Assembly (NCBI RefSeq): GCF_964355755.1
Contig: NC_092670.1
Location: 5,074,201-5,138,200 of the forward strand
DNA from: Antedon mediterranea
Lineage: Eukaryota > Animalia > Echinodermata
Length of the DNA: 64,000 bases
Reading direction: 5' to 3'
Shown: one piece after another, positions 52,054-64,000 of the stretch
Layout: every line of letters starts with the position of its first letter
Position numbering within the stretch: the first letter of the stretch is position 1
Made by a program: the position numbers and the translations under genes
Notes under the pieces: model-generated
What the model was told of the DNA's origin: nothing
What the model saw: the letters and a program-made list of their open reading frames with translations, nothing else
Database searches by the model: none

Positions 52054-53849
52054 TTAATAATTGTTTACATTACACAAATGCCTGCAAATTATGGCATTTG
52101 TTTTTAGGCCTAAATCATTAGGAAACGAAGAGTATTTTGGCGGAATACCGTATCGTTAAACTAAAGTTTCCCGTCCAATAGACGTCTGATTGTGGAAGTC
52201 TGGGGTAAAAAAAATAATATTGTTCAAAATCTATATCCGAATGGTTGGTTATATGGCCAATAAAAGGGAGTCATTTTAAAACAGCACAAGTTTTGGTTAT
52301 TACGGGTTAGGGTGAGATAAAGTAAAACATTTCTGATTAGTGGAATGATATAGATGTTTTTAGAGTTTCGAATGTTTTTTTAGTTTAAATTTTCTCGAAA
52401 CCTTTTTTTCTTGGCGACTTTTAATTAAATGTCAATCGCCAATATATCCGTAACAAATTGCAACATTATAATTAAATTCTCGGAATAGCGTTTTCGTTAA
52501 TAACGAAAATACTGCCATGAAAACATGCCTCTAAAACATGTTTACATGGAAAGAATAACATCCTATTTTATGAGATGGTTATCGAATAATCTACATTATG
52601 TCACACTACTCGATACATGGTCGTAGCGGTGAAAATAATAAATATGCCTACACGCGTAAAATGTAGGCCTATATTATTGTATGAAGTACAGCAATTGGAT
52701 GTTTTTAAACTTATCTTAGGCCAATAGATTTGGTTTAAAAGTATCTAGAACATACCTTGTTTCCTTCGGTTTCTGAGTATTCTAAAATGTTCAAATCACA
52801 GTAGGCACAATAGGTCAGCAGTGTATTTTATTATAGCTATTCTTATTATGCCTTGTTGTATATCTGCCACGCTCTATTTACCTCTTTTTATGAGAGTGTT
52901 AAAAGTCATCCGCTTTCTGATGGTCCTTTGTAAGTCAGCAGATTTCACAAAACCATCGTAAAATGCACTCTTACATGTCATGCATTTAGAGAAGCTAATG
53001 ACAAATTATTGACCACTCAGATTGCAAGATTCCTCTCGATCAAACAGACTGCCGCGTATGATGAGTCACATACCTGTCAGTCAGCCCAAACAACGGAACT
53101 TCCCCGCCGGCTCCACGTGTTACCAAGACATTTCTTTTACATAGTTCCAAGCTGCAAATTAGTCTGAAATAGAAAACATTTCAAAAGTCAGGCTTGTTAG
53201 GAAGGCGGGATATATTTTAAAAGGTCCGTCAAGTAGGCCTACTCTCCTAACTAGCTAAACTTCGTGTCCAACAAGGGTGCTTATACATTTCTTTATTAAG
53301 AATTCTTTAACTTCAACTTAATATATATGTGTACTGGTTTTTTAAATAAAAAGTTCTTGTGAATAAAAAAGCTATATCAAAATGCTGTTGACCTTTTTAT
53401 TTAAAATTTTAGTAAACAAAGTACGGTATTACTGACGAATCTATTTAATGGTTTCTGGCTAATGAACTTATAGGTAGTTAAATCTTTTAAATATTATTAT
53501 TTTCTTCTATCTCCTATATATAATATATAATTATATTTTGTAACCCTTAGGCACTTAAAGCTTTCTCCGGGATTAAAGGCGAATCTACTGTAAGTATAGG
53601 AAACTCTCTCTTCGTCGAAATCAATACTGAATTATGATATTTTCCGGTTCAACTCATCAGCTAACGTCACCAAGTTACTGAACAAAACAACAAAGTAGAT
53701 TAGGTATGAAATCTACAATCTTAACTTAAGCTGATATTTACTTAAAGCGACTTTCACTCGTACCACAGCTGTCATTTTGTTTACAATACCCATGCAAACA
53801 TTGGGTAACCAACCATTGGTGTCAATTCCACTTATTCTCATCATTATTA

Positions 53850-54030
53850 TAACCATTAAATATTATTATTATGTATCAGCATCAACATCACTATCAATAC
53901 CACCATTACTATCATCGTCATCATCACTATCAATACCACCACCATTATCATCATTATCATCATCGTCATCATCACTATCAACACCACCACCAAGTCACCA
54001 ACATGTTATCGAACCAATACCAATACCACA
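53850..54030. repeat. (CAT/CAC)n low-complexity trinucleotide repeat
   Basis: Directly visible; explains the His-rich and Ser-rich ORFs. Confidence 0.8.
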
Positions 54031-57000
54031 TTGCTAACCTCCAGATCTCTCTTCGGAGATCCCATCTTGTGAATTTGAACGACGAAGTGTTCATAGTCGG
54101 ATTTGAACCATGCCATGTAGACCCATTGACCTAATAATAATATTGTATAATTACAGGCAGCATTCGGGGTTGGATCTCGGTCGGAACCTTTTCTTATTAG
54201 TGACCGTTCTTTATGTATTATTTTATTTCCATTCACTTATTGTCAGTTTGTATCTTTTTATATTAACTTGATTGACTCTCTCAGTTTTCGTTCACAGTTT
54301 ATAAATCCATTAATTTTCAGTATATCATTTTAAAGTGTGTCTATGTCTGAAAAATGTGTATGTTATTTATGTTAATAGGCCTATACATTTAGAATATGGC
54401 ATCATTAACTTGACGTTGAGTTTCCTGTAAAACAATATCTATCCTTATGACATAGTTTATCGTCATTACTTTTCGTTTGGATGGGGATTAGTCTCTTTTA
54501 ATGTAATTCAAAATTAACCTGCATTTTATTAAAGTATTCAGTATTAAGGGTAACCACACCTGTTTGTTATCGGTTTTAATCTTTGACCGCATTGCTAAGA
54601 TAGGTGTTCCAAAGTTAAGCATATAATAAACAGAACTTCTAACAAGAAACGACACAATCAGATTCAAAACATATACTGAATTTTTACATTATTTGTTCAT
54701 AAAATAATCCAGAAATCATCGATTAAGTACTAACTATCTATTCTCAAATTTCCTAATAAAACGGGATGTTCTACTACTTTGCATATTTCTATTCTGCTGA
54801 AATAATCTGTTTATCAATTACAAAGTGTCAACGGACCTTAACGTCTGAAAGGAATACGATGGAATCTAAACACAGACCATAAAAAGCATCCGCCTTGTAC
54901 GTTTTCTAGAACGTTAACAATAAAGAACTTTAACTAAATTGGATTGATTGATTAACTTTTGGATTTTTGCAACAGAGATCAGTCTCGAGATCAGTCTCGA
55001 GATCAGTATGACACAATTCAACCATACCGTAGTACAGTAGTAACGGAACACTCTGGAAAGTTAAGGAAATCATGCAACATGTGGTCTTACGCTAACATAA
55101 ATACAATGGATCCTTGGTGACATTTAGTAATAGAGTTGGCTTGAGGTTCTCGGACCTACCACCAGAGCGCTCAAATCTACACCGGAGCCCTCGAATCTAC
55201 TTCTTTTCAGAAGGTTACTCGATCCGGTCCTCTGGTATAATTATGTTCTGGGCCCTGCTGTTCTTACTAACTTAATACATCATCTTAAAGGAGGTTTGGC
55301 GGGCAACCTTTGAACACAATGTTTTTCGGTACTATTAATTTTGTTGCCATTCTAAATTGCCCATCTACAGTATTAATATACGATTTACAACATTTATTGG
55401 AAAAAAACAATTTAAATATTGTTGCTAAGGTTGTTCAGACAACGTATTATTATCGTCTGTCTGTCCGTTAGTTTCCACACAATACTGCTTTTACCTTTCA
55501 ACCAAAATAAACATTGGGTCCGGTAATTATAATAGATTTTCTGCCGCTAATGGTGATCGAGTGTATTTAGGCTTCATATTTAAATTTAAAAGTTAAGTTT
55601 TGATTAGTAATTGAATGTCATTGTTTGTATTTTGGGAGTTCAGCTTATCACGTGTTTGGCTAGACCTGGTTCCTTGAGATCTCACCAGAGCAAGTCATCT
55701 TTCATTCACTTAAAACCACCACGCCTAATGTTGTTAAAGTTCATATTCACGGCTTTAATATTTCTTTAACCAACATGAACACTGTCACCATGAATTAACT
55801 TATGACGAAAATAAATAGGTAGTATGTAAAAATTCAACAAAATATGATCCCCATCATCGTAGTCATCTTCATCTTCATCATAATTAAAATAATATATATA
55901 TACATATTTATATGGATTTAATCATTCCTAAACTTTATAGTAAACTAGGTGATTATGATTATGCAAGCGCTGTCTCAGCAAACCATTATAAGATTATAAA
56001 TTATACTCTAATTTCATGGTAGGCTTAGATTTGATTTTTTTTTGCCTCTGAATATTTCAACTTTGTTATTTCATATGGTGAAATTACAGTATCTTTTGCA
56101 AACCATGTTTCGTCTTTTAGACCAACTAAAATTGTTTTCTTTCGATAAATAGATAAAACCACAGTTTCTGTAAAAACTATAGATTGTCTTTACAAACTAT
56201 AGAGGTTACCTTTTGAAAAAGTCTAACCATGGGTTGTCTTTTAAAAATCATGGCTGTGTTTGTTTTCTTCAAAAGACAAACTGTGTAAAAGAAAATAGTT
56301 ACAGGCTGTGTGGCCGACGACGCCCCGTATCCAGGCAAGTTATTCTTGGTACTTTGGTGAAGACGATCTATCATTGCCATATTCCAATAACCGCAAGAGG
56401 AAAAATTGCAGTTATATTAAAAATAACTAATGGCTTATTTTGTTACGATTACTAAATATAAACGTTAAAGAAGTTATAAAGTTAGGCTGATACAATGGGA
56501 AAAGAGATAGTACATTATGATTGGCATAAACTGTAGGCCTCTCACTTGTTTCCGCCGGAACAATATCCTTAGATCGGCCGGATTAATTGTGTGGTACCAG
56601 TACCATGAACATACAAAACTTGAATAGCGGAAATTGTTCAAATAATCTAGGATACTAATGTTTGAAAATGTAGATTGTATTAATTCTATGGAGATGTAGT
56701 TTCCAATATTGGAATACAGACATTTACGTTATGTCATTTGTATCCGTGTAAGTCACGGTGGGTTTATACAGCCATCCTTGGCTAATCTATCGTTGCTATC
56801 TATTAGGCCTAATTATTACTTGACAGTTTTGTCGTATTCTTTTTTATTAAAACAAGTGTACAACATGACACCATTACACGCACGGATAACTATAACGAAT
56901 AACAATCTAAAATAACCTTAAAAAATTTTCACACTGAACTTAAAAGTACAAAAAAAACACATTTATTCATTAAGGCATATGGAAATCATGAGGTTTCTTA

Positions 57001-57244
57001 AAGTTGTTTAGACTTAGAATTGTTTTGTATACCTTTTCCTGGCCAGCATTATCTTTGGGGTGCCTCTGTCTTGGTTGTTGTCTCTGAGCACCCGGTCGTC
57101 TGTGGCAAGGCAAATGTGTATCCTGCTCCTTTGTTTGGTCACCTAGGTAGGGGTACGGGACCGCGACAGAATGACAACGGATGGGGACCCTCCAAAGAAG
57201 TTGCATTTTATTTGCCAGGAATTTGTATGATTTATTTCTTTTTT

Positions 57245-57320
57245 ATTTTTAAATGCGCCTTGAGCACTCTGGAGTGGTATGTGCGCTATAAAAATCTTAT
57301 TATTATTATTATTATTATTA
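57245..57320 (+). mobile_element. L2-type retroposon 3' tail
   Basis: TGCGCCTTGAGCAC...GTGCGCTATAAAAAT followed by (TTA)n. Confidence 0.6.
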
Positions 57321-58078
57321 CAATAGTACGTACAGGCTTAGAGCTGTGGCACTTTACATGCATATTTAGGAGTGATAACTTTCAAAGACGTACAAATAAA
57401 TAAATAACACATTTCTCCTTGGGCACATGCATACAATTATGACGGCGACAATATTTATATGAATGAATTCAACAATTTAAATTTTTTAGAAAACAAGATC
57501 TTCGGATTTGGATATAAGCAGCAGTGTACAGAAAACATGTAGTAATATACGATGATACTGCTTATCAATGTCAATGGTTGATGCTAATTGTCTGTATGCA
57601 CTAATCAGTGATTCTTAAATCCATTAAAAACAATCGATTAGGCCTATCTGTAAATCTTCTCATCTTAGTGTCTATATTTACCTAATAGTCCTACGCATTG
57701 TAATGAAAACTTCAATTAAAGTGTCAACTTTATTTACCGAAATAACAAATAAGTCGTTCGGTATTGTAAATAATGAATGCGTGTGTACAGGTCACCCACA
57801 GAACGCCATTTCATACAAACTACTGGTCATTTGGGTATTTGGTCACGTTTAGTCTAAACATCGGCCACCTTAATATAAATAAAATATACTGCATATATGT
57901 AATATTATATCTATATTGGTAAATATTCTGTTTCGTATTATGAAAAAACGCGTTTTTTATGACATGTTTATATATACTTGTTTCTATTGTTTGCATATAG
58001 GACATTATCAATCAAAAAAATAAATGTGATTTGACACTAAGCTTATTATTATATGCAATTATAAATGAGTGTGGTTAC

Positions 58079-58290
58079 ATTGCATGCACGTGCACTTCGT
58101 ACTAGATACTTACACACGTATGAAGTCACAATTGCATGCACGTGCACTTCCTACTAGATACATACACACGTATGAAGTCACAATTGCATGCACGTGCACT
58201 TCCTACTAGATACATACACACGTATGAAGTCACAATTGCATGCACGTGCACTTCGTACTATTGATACATACACACGTATGAAGTCACAAT
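58079..58290. repeat. 52-bp minisatellite, 4 copies
   Basis: Unit ATTGCATGCACGTGCACTTC(G/C)TACTAGATAC(A/T)TACACACGTATGAAGTCACA, contiguous with no spacers. Confidence 0.9.
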
Positions 58291-61200
58291 AAAATAGAAT
58301 GACCAGATTGGTAAATGTTATAAACAACCCAAGTTAGCAATGTCGGTAATACTAATACTTTTTTCTTCAGTTTATAAAAAAAAGTTTTGACACACCAGAG
58401 GGCGACTTTCAATTACATTCACAATAGAGACGTGATACTGGGTTAGAAAGCTAGCTATCCGGAAAACTGATTTTTTTGTGTTAAATTTATTTGGATTACG
58501 TCACCATCTTTATATATTTGACGAAGTTGGTGACGGATATTAAAACACTCATCATAATTATGAAATAATTTGTAGAAGTAACAAGAACCACGGCTCTTCA
58601 AGCAATTAGGGTAATGAATTATTGTTATTATCTGCTAATATCTGTAATTTTCTTGCATGCGACTAAAAAGGCTAATGCTTGTTAATATTTATTTTAGTAG
58701 AATTCGGGGTCATTCGTGATTCGAAACTCTTAAAGATTTAAAGAAAATCGTGTCCATCTGTCTAGTTTTTAGAGAATGATTGATTAAAGGTTTCTTGTTT
58801 AACAAAAAATGAATTATTGAAATTGAATATCTCATCCACGACGACATTACCTGATTGTGCTTGGCTATTAACTTATTTACAGATTTCTTATTTTAATTTA
58901 GGCCTACAGTATCTTACCGTTTCTCATAGGATATCTCAATCTCATGATGTCGATTTATCTAGAAATTGATATTATATAATATAAAATAAGTCGGGCTGCT
59001 TTGATTAAGATTCATAGAACAATTTATAGTCCGTATAAATGAAGAAGTCTATTTGTGATAGGCCTACTCGGCAATAAACATTTCATGACATGGTAGCCCT
59101 ATAAAATGACATTAGAATAACAATCAAACATAAAAACATCAAAGATACATACAATCGGTAGACGATATGTATGCCTTCTATAAATAAAGTCATTAAATAT
59201 ATTATAAATAACTTGACGTTTACTATTTGATACTTGTATGTCCATTGAATGTTTAATTTTTATCATGTTGTTTAAAAGGAAAAATTTTCGTTGAAATTAT
59301 TAGTTTGTACATTCGAATTATGAAGATTAATAACACATGGAATATTAAGGAAATATATTGTCCCCCTAAACATTTTTTTGTTGTTGAATATGCCATTTTA
59401 ATATCACATAATAGTTATTCACTTTGCCATCAAAAAAGTGTAATTTAAAGCAAAATATACCTACAGTAAATTGTCTAGAAGACAATGAAATTAACCATTT
59501 CTAATGTCTTTTTATTAAGTGAAATAATTATTTTTGATGATTTTTTTTTCGACAGAAGTGAATAACTTTATTAAAACTGTGCCTATTCAAAATCTTATTT
59601 TATTAATCTTTATTTGTAATGTTTTTAGGAGAAAAATACATCTTTAAACCTTTTTTCTACACAAATCCGTAATACATATTGAAGATTAAACTCTTTCCAG
59701 TACAATTCCAGTCATTTCGATATCTCATTACAGACAACCCATATCCCCTATTCAAATAAGTTTAAAACTTGTCCACTCTACAGTTACTTTTCAGTCATTG
59801 TAAAACGCTATCTAAAATAATTCTTCTTCGTAGGTGGCCAGATTTGGAAACTTATTTCACGAATGGTTTTTGAATGCTCATTGTAAATATCACAATCACT
59901 GTAAAATTCCGACACGAATTGTTTGCTTAGGTCTATGTTACTAAGACTTTCTTATACAAATGTTGTTTATTTAAACATGGAGGAAAAAATAAAACTCCAT
60001 GATTTAAACAAGCAAGAAGGCGTATATGAACTTCATGCACCGTTGATGCGGACCTATATTGCAATGATTCCCTTCAGACAAAAATATGAACAAATTGTCA
60101 TTATTTAAATAATATTACGCTGTAACTATAATTTAAAAAACTACATGGAATTACCACCGGAATAATTATAGAAAACCAACGTGTCTTATATGCTCTTCAT
60201 TTATTCAATCAACCTTGTTTTATATTATTTTTCATTAGATTGATGATGCTCGGAATTTTCTGAACTTGAACGGCTATCCTGAGCAGCCCCGCCTATGCTG
60301 TATATAGTTCAGTATGTGTATGTTCATTCCATATTTTATTAGGACTCATCGATAAGAAAGTGAAAATTAGTAATATCCTTAAGACCTCTAAGTGGAAATG
60401 TAGCAAACAAAATAACATTTGCATTTAGCTTAATCTTAATAAACAACGTAGAAGACCATTTCAAAGTTTACAGAATCTATGAGGATAGAGTGATAATTTA
60501 ACAGAATAATATGTCATAGTTAAGGCCTATAAGATAATACATTAGACAGTTGTACAAAATAAAATAATGCCTTCCTACAAATATGAACTTCACCGTAAAA
60601 CTCAGCTGTATCCTCTCGGTACATGATTATAGTGCACGTGACCAATGTTTCATTAAATACGCGGAGTGAATTTAACCAATTAGTTGAAACATTGTATTTC
60701 AAGATTTGTGAATGAATGGTTTTCACGGAATATGTTACTAACCTTGACATTTAAGCTTCATTATAACACGATCAATTTATTTCGTAAGATTCACACATTT
60801 GATCCGAATGCACCAATGTGTATATATTGATTGAATTCACATTAAGCGAAATACCATGACGATACTGGTCGTAGTAAACACATTTATTTTCTTATGAAAC
60901 ACTATTTTCTCCGACTCAGGATGAAGGAAAGATACATTTAGCTGGAATCTCAATAAAAGATTTAAAAACTAACGCATGCGCACTAAACGTATAATGGCAA
61001 CGTGCACATTTCAATTTCGACCAATCATGTCCAATGATTTTAGTATTAAGGTTGATTTGTTGAGAGGGGTGTGTGTGAAGATCTTGCTTTTAATACATGA
61101 ATTGTTTCCTTATTTAAGATTTAGTGTCTTACATGTATACGAACATGCGTATTGGTCTTAGTAGGCGTCATGCCATGTGCTGCATTGAGCCCAGTCGATG

Positions 61201-61719
61201 CCCATCCTACGTCATGTTCAATATCTAAATTTTGACGGATAATTGCGTACTATAATGCATAATTATTGTCATCAAGTCTCCATACAAAAACACGTTCAGT
61301 TGAGAACATCCAATTATGTTTATTATAAATTATTAACATCTAATTTGTGTGAGTTAGGTATATATCATTACAGTACAAATGCATTAATTAAGCGTTCTAC
61401 ACGCGATACAAACGTATTGACGACGACTCATCTTTACATAACCTTATGTTTTATAATATCAAGTAACATGTCACGAATGAATAGTTGTTATTATTCTCCA
61501 AAGATGATTACGTTGCTATTGTTATTGGACTTATATAATTATATTTTTTGCCAGTAATCTAGTCCAACTTTCGATAACAACAAGGAGATCTTTCAATGTC
61601 CATGAAGCAGCAACGTTAAAGTGTTGGTAGTGATTTATTTTGTGGGTATAGTGACACATTCACCAATTGACCCTAATTGCACATTTGGCGTTCCATATAT
61701 CTTTATTTCCCTTGATTTA

Positions 61720-61826
61720 CTCTACAGCTCCCTATGTCAGGATGTTGGTCGGTCGGTCGGTCAGTTGGTCGGTCAGTAAACACTAACTTGAGCACGCGAC
61801 TGCAGCCATGTATATGGCCTTGTTTG
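61720..61826 (+). mobile_element. HINE/DINE-1-like element, copy 4
   Basis: (GGTC)n, AAACACTAACTTGAGCACGCGACTGCAGCCATGTATATGGCCTTGTTT. Confidence 0.6.
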
Positions 61827-64000
61827 GGTTAAATCTGTTGTTTCTTCAACGAATATTGACCAACAAAATATTTTCGAAGATTTAACCCTGTTAACTCACT
61901 CGACAAAAAGACGAGTCTATATCGCGTGTTATGGTATGGCATTATGAACAGTCTCTAAAATATAATTGTTTATTAAATGTTTACGAATCTTGTAAGTTGA
62001 TAGTGAAGTGTCCATAACTTTCAATTTATGGGTTCAATACTTGTCAATGACAGAGTTAAGATGATCTCTCGAGTATTAAAAACTAATTTTCTACGAATAC
62101 ATTAGTGGAAACCGGTAGTCTTTGATTAGTTAATTCGTCGTCAATGACAAACATATATGGTAAATTTTTTTAAAGAATTTTTTGATTAAAAATAAATAAA
62201 TTTTAACAAGAATTCTTTATAAATTCGAGAAACAAAACAGTTTGAAAGAAGAGGCTCGAGATAAACATGTAACTAAAGGCATACGACGTATTATTATTTT
62301 TTGTAATAAACAGACGTAATATACGAAGTAAGGTCAATAGGTCAAATATTACGTCTCTTTCAGAAAAAGAAGACATTGAAGTGCACTTTAGAGCAGGTAG
62401 TTTTTTTTTTTTAAATTGCAATCATTATTGAGTGATGTTTGTGTGTTAAAAGTCAAGTTAATCAATTGTTCCGTTGTTATCAAGTCAACAGCACACTTTC
62501 CAAGAAAGATGAAGTATTTTGCAATTAGAGTAAATAATTATACACCGGTAACTCTGATTCGATGTCACGTGTCAGACATTGTTGGTATTTCCAAAGAGAG
62601 ATGAAAAACTAAGAACAATTTCACTCCAATGAGAAGAAAACAGATCAGAGTAATAAGGTAAAAGACTTTCTCACTGTGCCCTAATTAACTAGGCTCTACC
62701 TTATAATTATAACATCAGATTTAATTGAAAGGAAATTATATAGTATCATGTATTATTATCGTGATTATTCTGTTTACGTGCATTTTTGCACCTAAACCTT
62801 CGATCCACTAGACATAATGACCATATTTAATTAAAGAGTAGATTTAGTGGTGCGTGTTGCGTGTGTAAAAATATAATGCAGTAGAGATGTAGGCTCACCT
62901 CACTGCATGTATAACTCGATTATGGTTATTGGAAGCAGAGGGCGGGCTATACTATCGGTTAATAAACGAGTTCATTGGCGTTTGTTTGTGGATGTTAGCT
63001 GGTGATTGGCAAAGAATGACTGAAAGACATACAATGAGTAGATCGTAGTTACATCACCAGTGAATTGGCTATTTATCTAAACTTATAGTAATAAGTAGTA
63101 TTTTGAATCTTTATTTTTACGTTATTTTATATTTTTTGTTGTTGTATGATGCATGCATATAAGAACGTATCAGACTTTGTAAATCCACAGTGCGTGGTTT
63201 TGTTACATTTTTTGGAAAATAAAGTTACCTATATATATATATAGTAATAAATCGACAATGTACATTACTGATCATTTTGTTACGTTCTGAAATAAACGCA
63301 AACTCGTATTGGTAATAGACTAATCGAATTGGGAATTAACCTGGCGCACGTGTGGACATAAGGACATGTAATTGCATGAAATTAGAATGAAATGACCCTT
63401 AGATATTAATAGAACTTGATTTCCAAAGTGTTGTCAACAAACAAATTAAATTTTAATCTTCAGAAGATGTTTACCTCATTGTGAGATTTTCAGTGAATAA
63501 AAATCGATAGAATCGAGAACTATTTTCAGAATTGTACGTATAACGTTTAAGCTATTTTAATCCTGTAAAAGGTTTTTTTTTTTTGCAATGAAGTAATATT
63601 ATCATAGTCAAAAAATATGTGTACGATTTAAACATTTATGTAAATATTGTATGGATTGATTGTCACGTGGTCAAGCAAACTATTATTATACTAACAAGGT
63701 TAAGAGCGAATATTATGTAATAACTCTTGAGATTGGAAATGCATAGCATCGTAATTACAGGATTGTTTAATTTGGATTTTATATGGCTCCCTTGGGTGGA
63801 AACAATTGTATCATTAATTTCTATTTAAATTAGACTTTATCTATGTTGAATATTTGTTAACAATATATGTATACATATAAACTGTAACCTCTATTTCACA
63901 TCACTAATTTTAATAGATAAGGAAATGAAAATGATACAACATGTTTTTACCTTAAGTTTGTGATTTTCATATTCACTGCCATATTTTATAACATTCAAGT

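Noticed and set aside
53777-54134. His-rich and Ser-rich ORFs
   Set aside because: (CAT/CAC)n low-complexity repeat with no convincing splice or start context.
55090-55240. Possible third neuropeptide exon on the minus strand (..NLLKRSRFEGSGVDLSALV*)
   Set aside because: Early stop, no amidation signal, and no linked signal-peptide exon found.
57020-57403. 127-aa ORF
   Set aside because: It runs through a retroposon tail and (TTA)n repeat and has no recognisable domain.
58079-58290. Possible CRISPR-like array (also considered for 42745-43370)
   Set aside because: The units are contiguous with no unique spacers, there are no cas genes, and the context is eukaryotic.

Overview
AT-rich (invertebrate animal-type) eukaryotic DNA with spliced genes and many transposon relics; the species cannot be determined from the sequence alone. 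(1) 3038-13460 (+): the last ten coding exons of an UNC-45 myosin chaperone gene; its 5' part lies upstream of the window. (2) Two tandem minus-strand genes that the ORF track misses or shows only in part, each encoding a secreted prepropeptide with a single C-terminal amidated helical peptide of the CRH/DH44/egg-laying-hormone type. Gene A (37206-40988, 124 aa) gives GSNSRPVGTLGLLELLRLEMEEENTREVVSNQRLKMEGV-NH2. Gene B (20034-~24903, 128 aa) gives GQSDGIVSLYVLSKELAEVQRQREISDMKKQMDIQ-NH2. Gene B also appears to carry a degenerate second copy of its peptide exon. (3) Mobile DNA: two Academ-like DNA transposons (one with decayed XPG-type coding remnants), a nested MITE, an IS3EU-like foldback element whose TIRs are 21-bp minisatellite arrays, Harbinger-type MITEs, HINE/Helentron-like elements, a composite 5S+tRNA+CORE-like SINE, Deu/Nin-domain and CORE-like SINEs, LINE 3' fragments and simple repeats. 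All exon chains were read and translated by eye, and family calls rest on recalled motifs, not database searches. Most ORFs in the supplied track are spurious.
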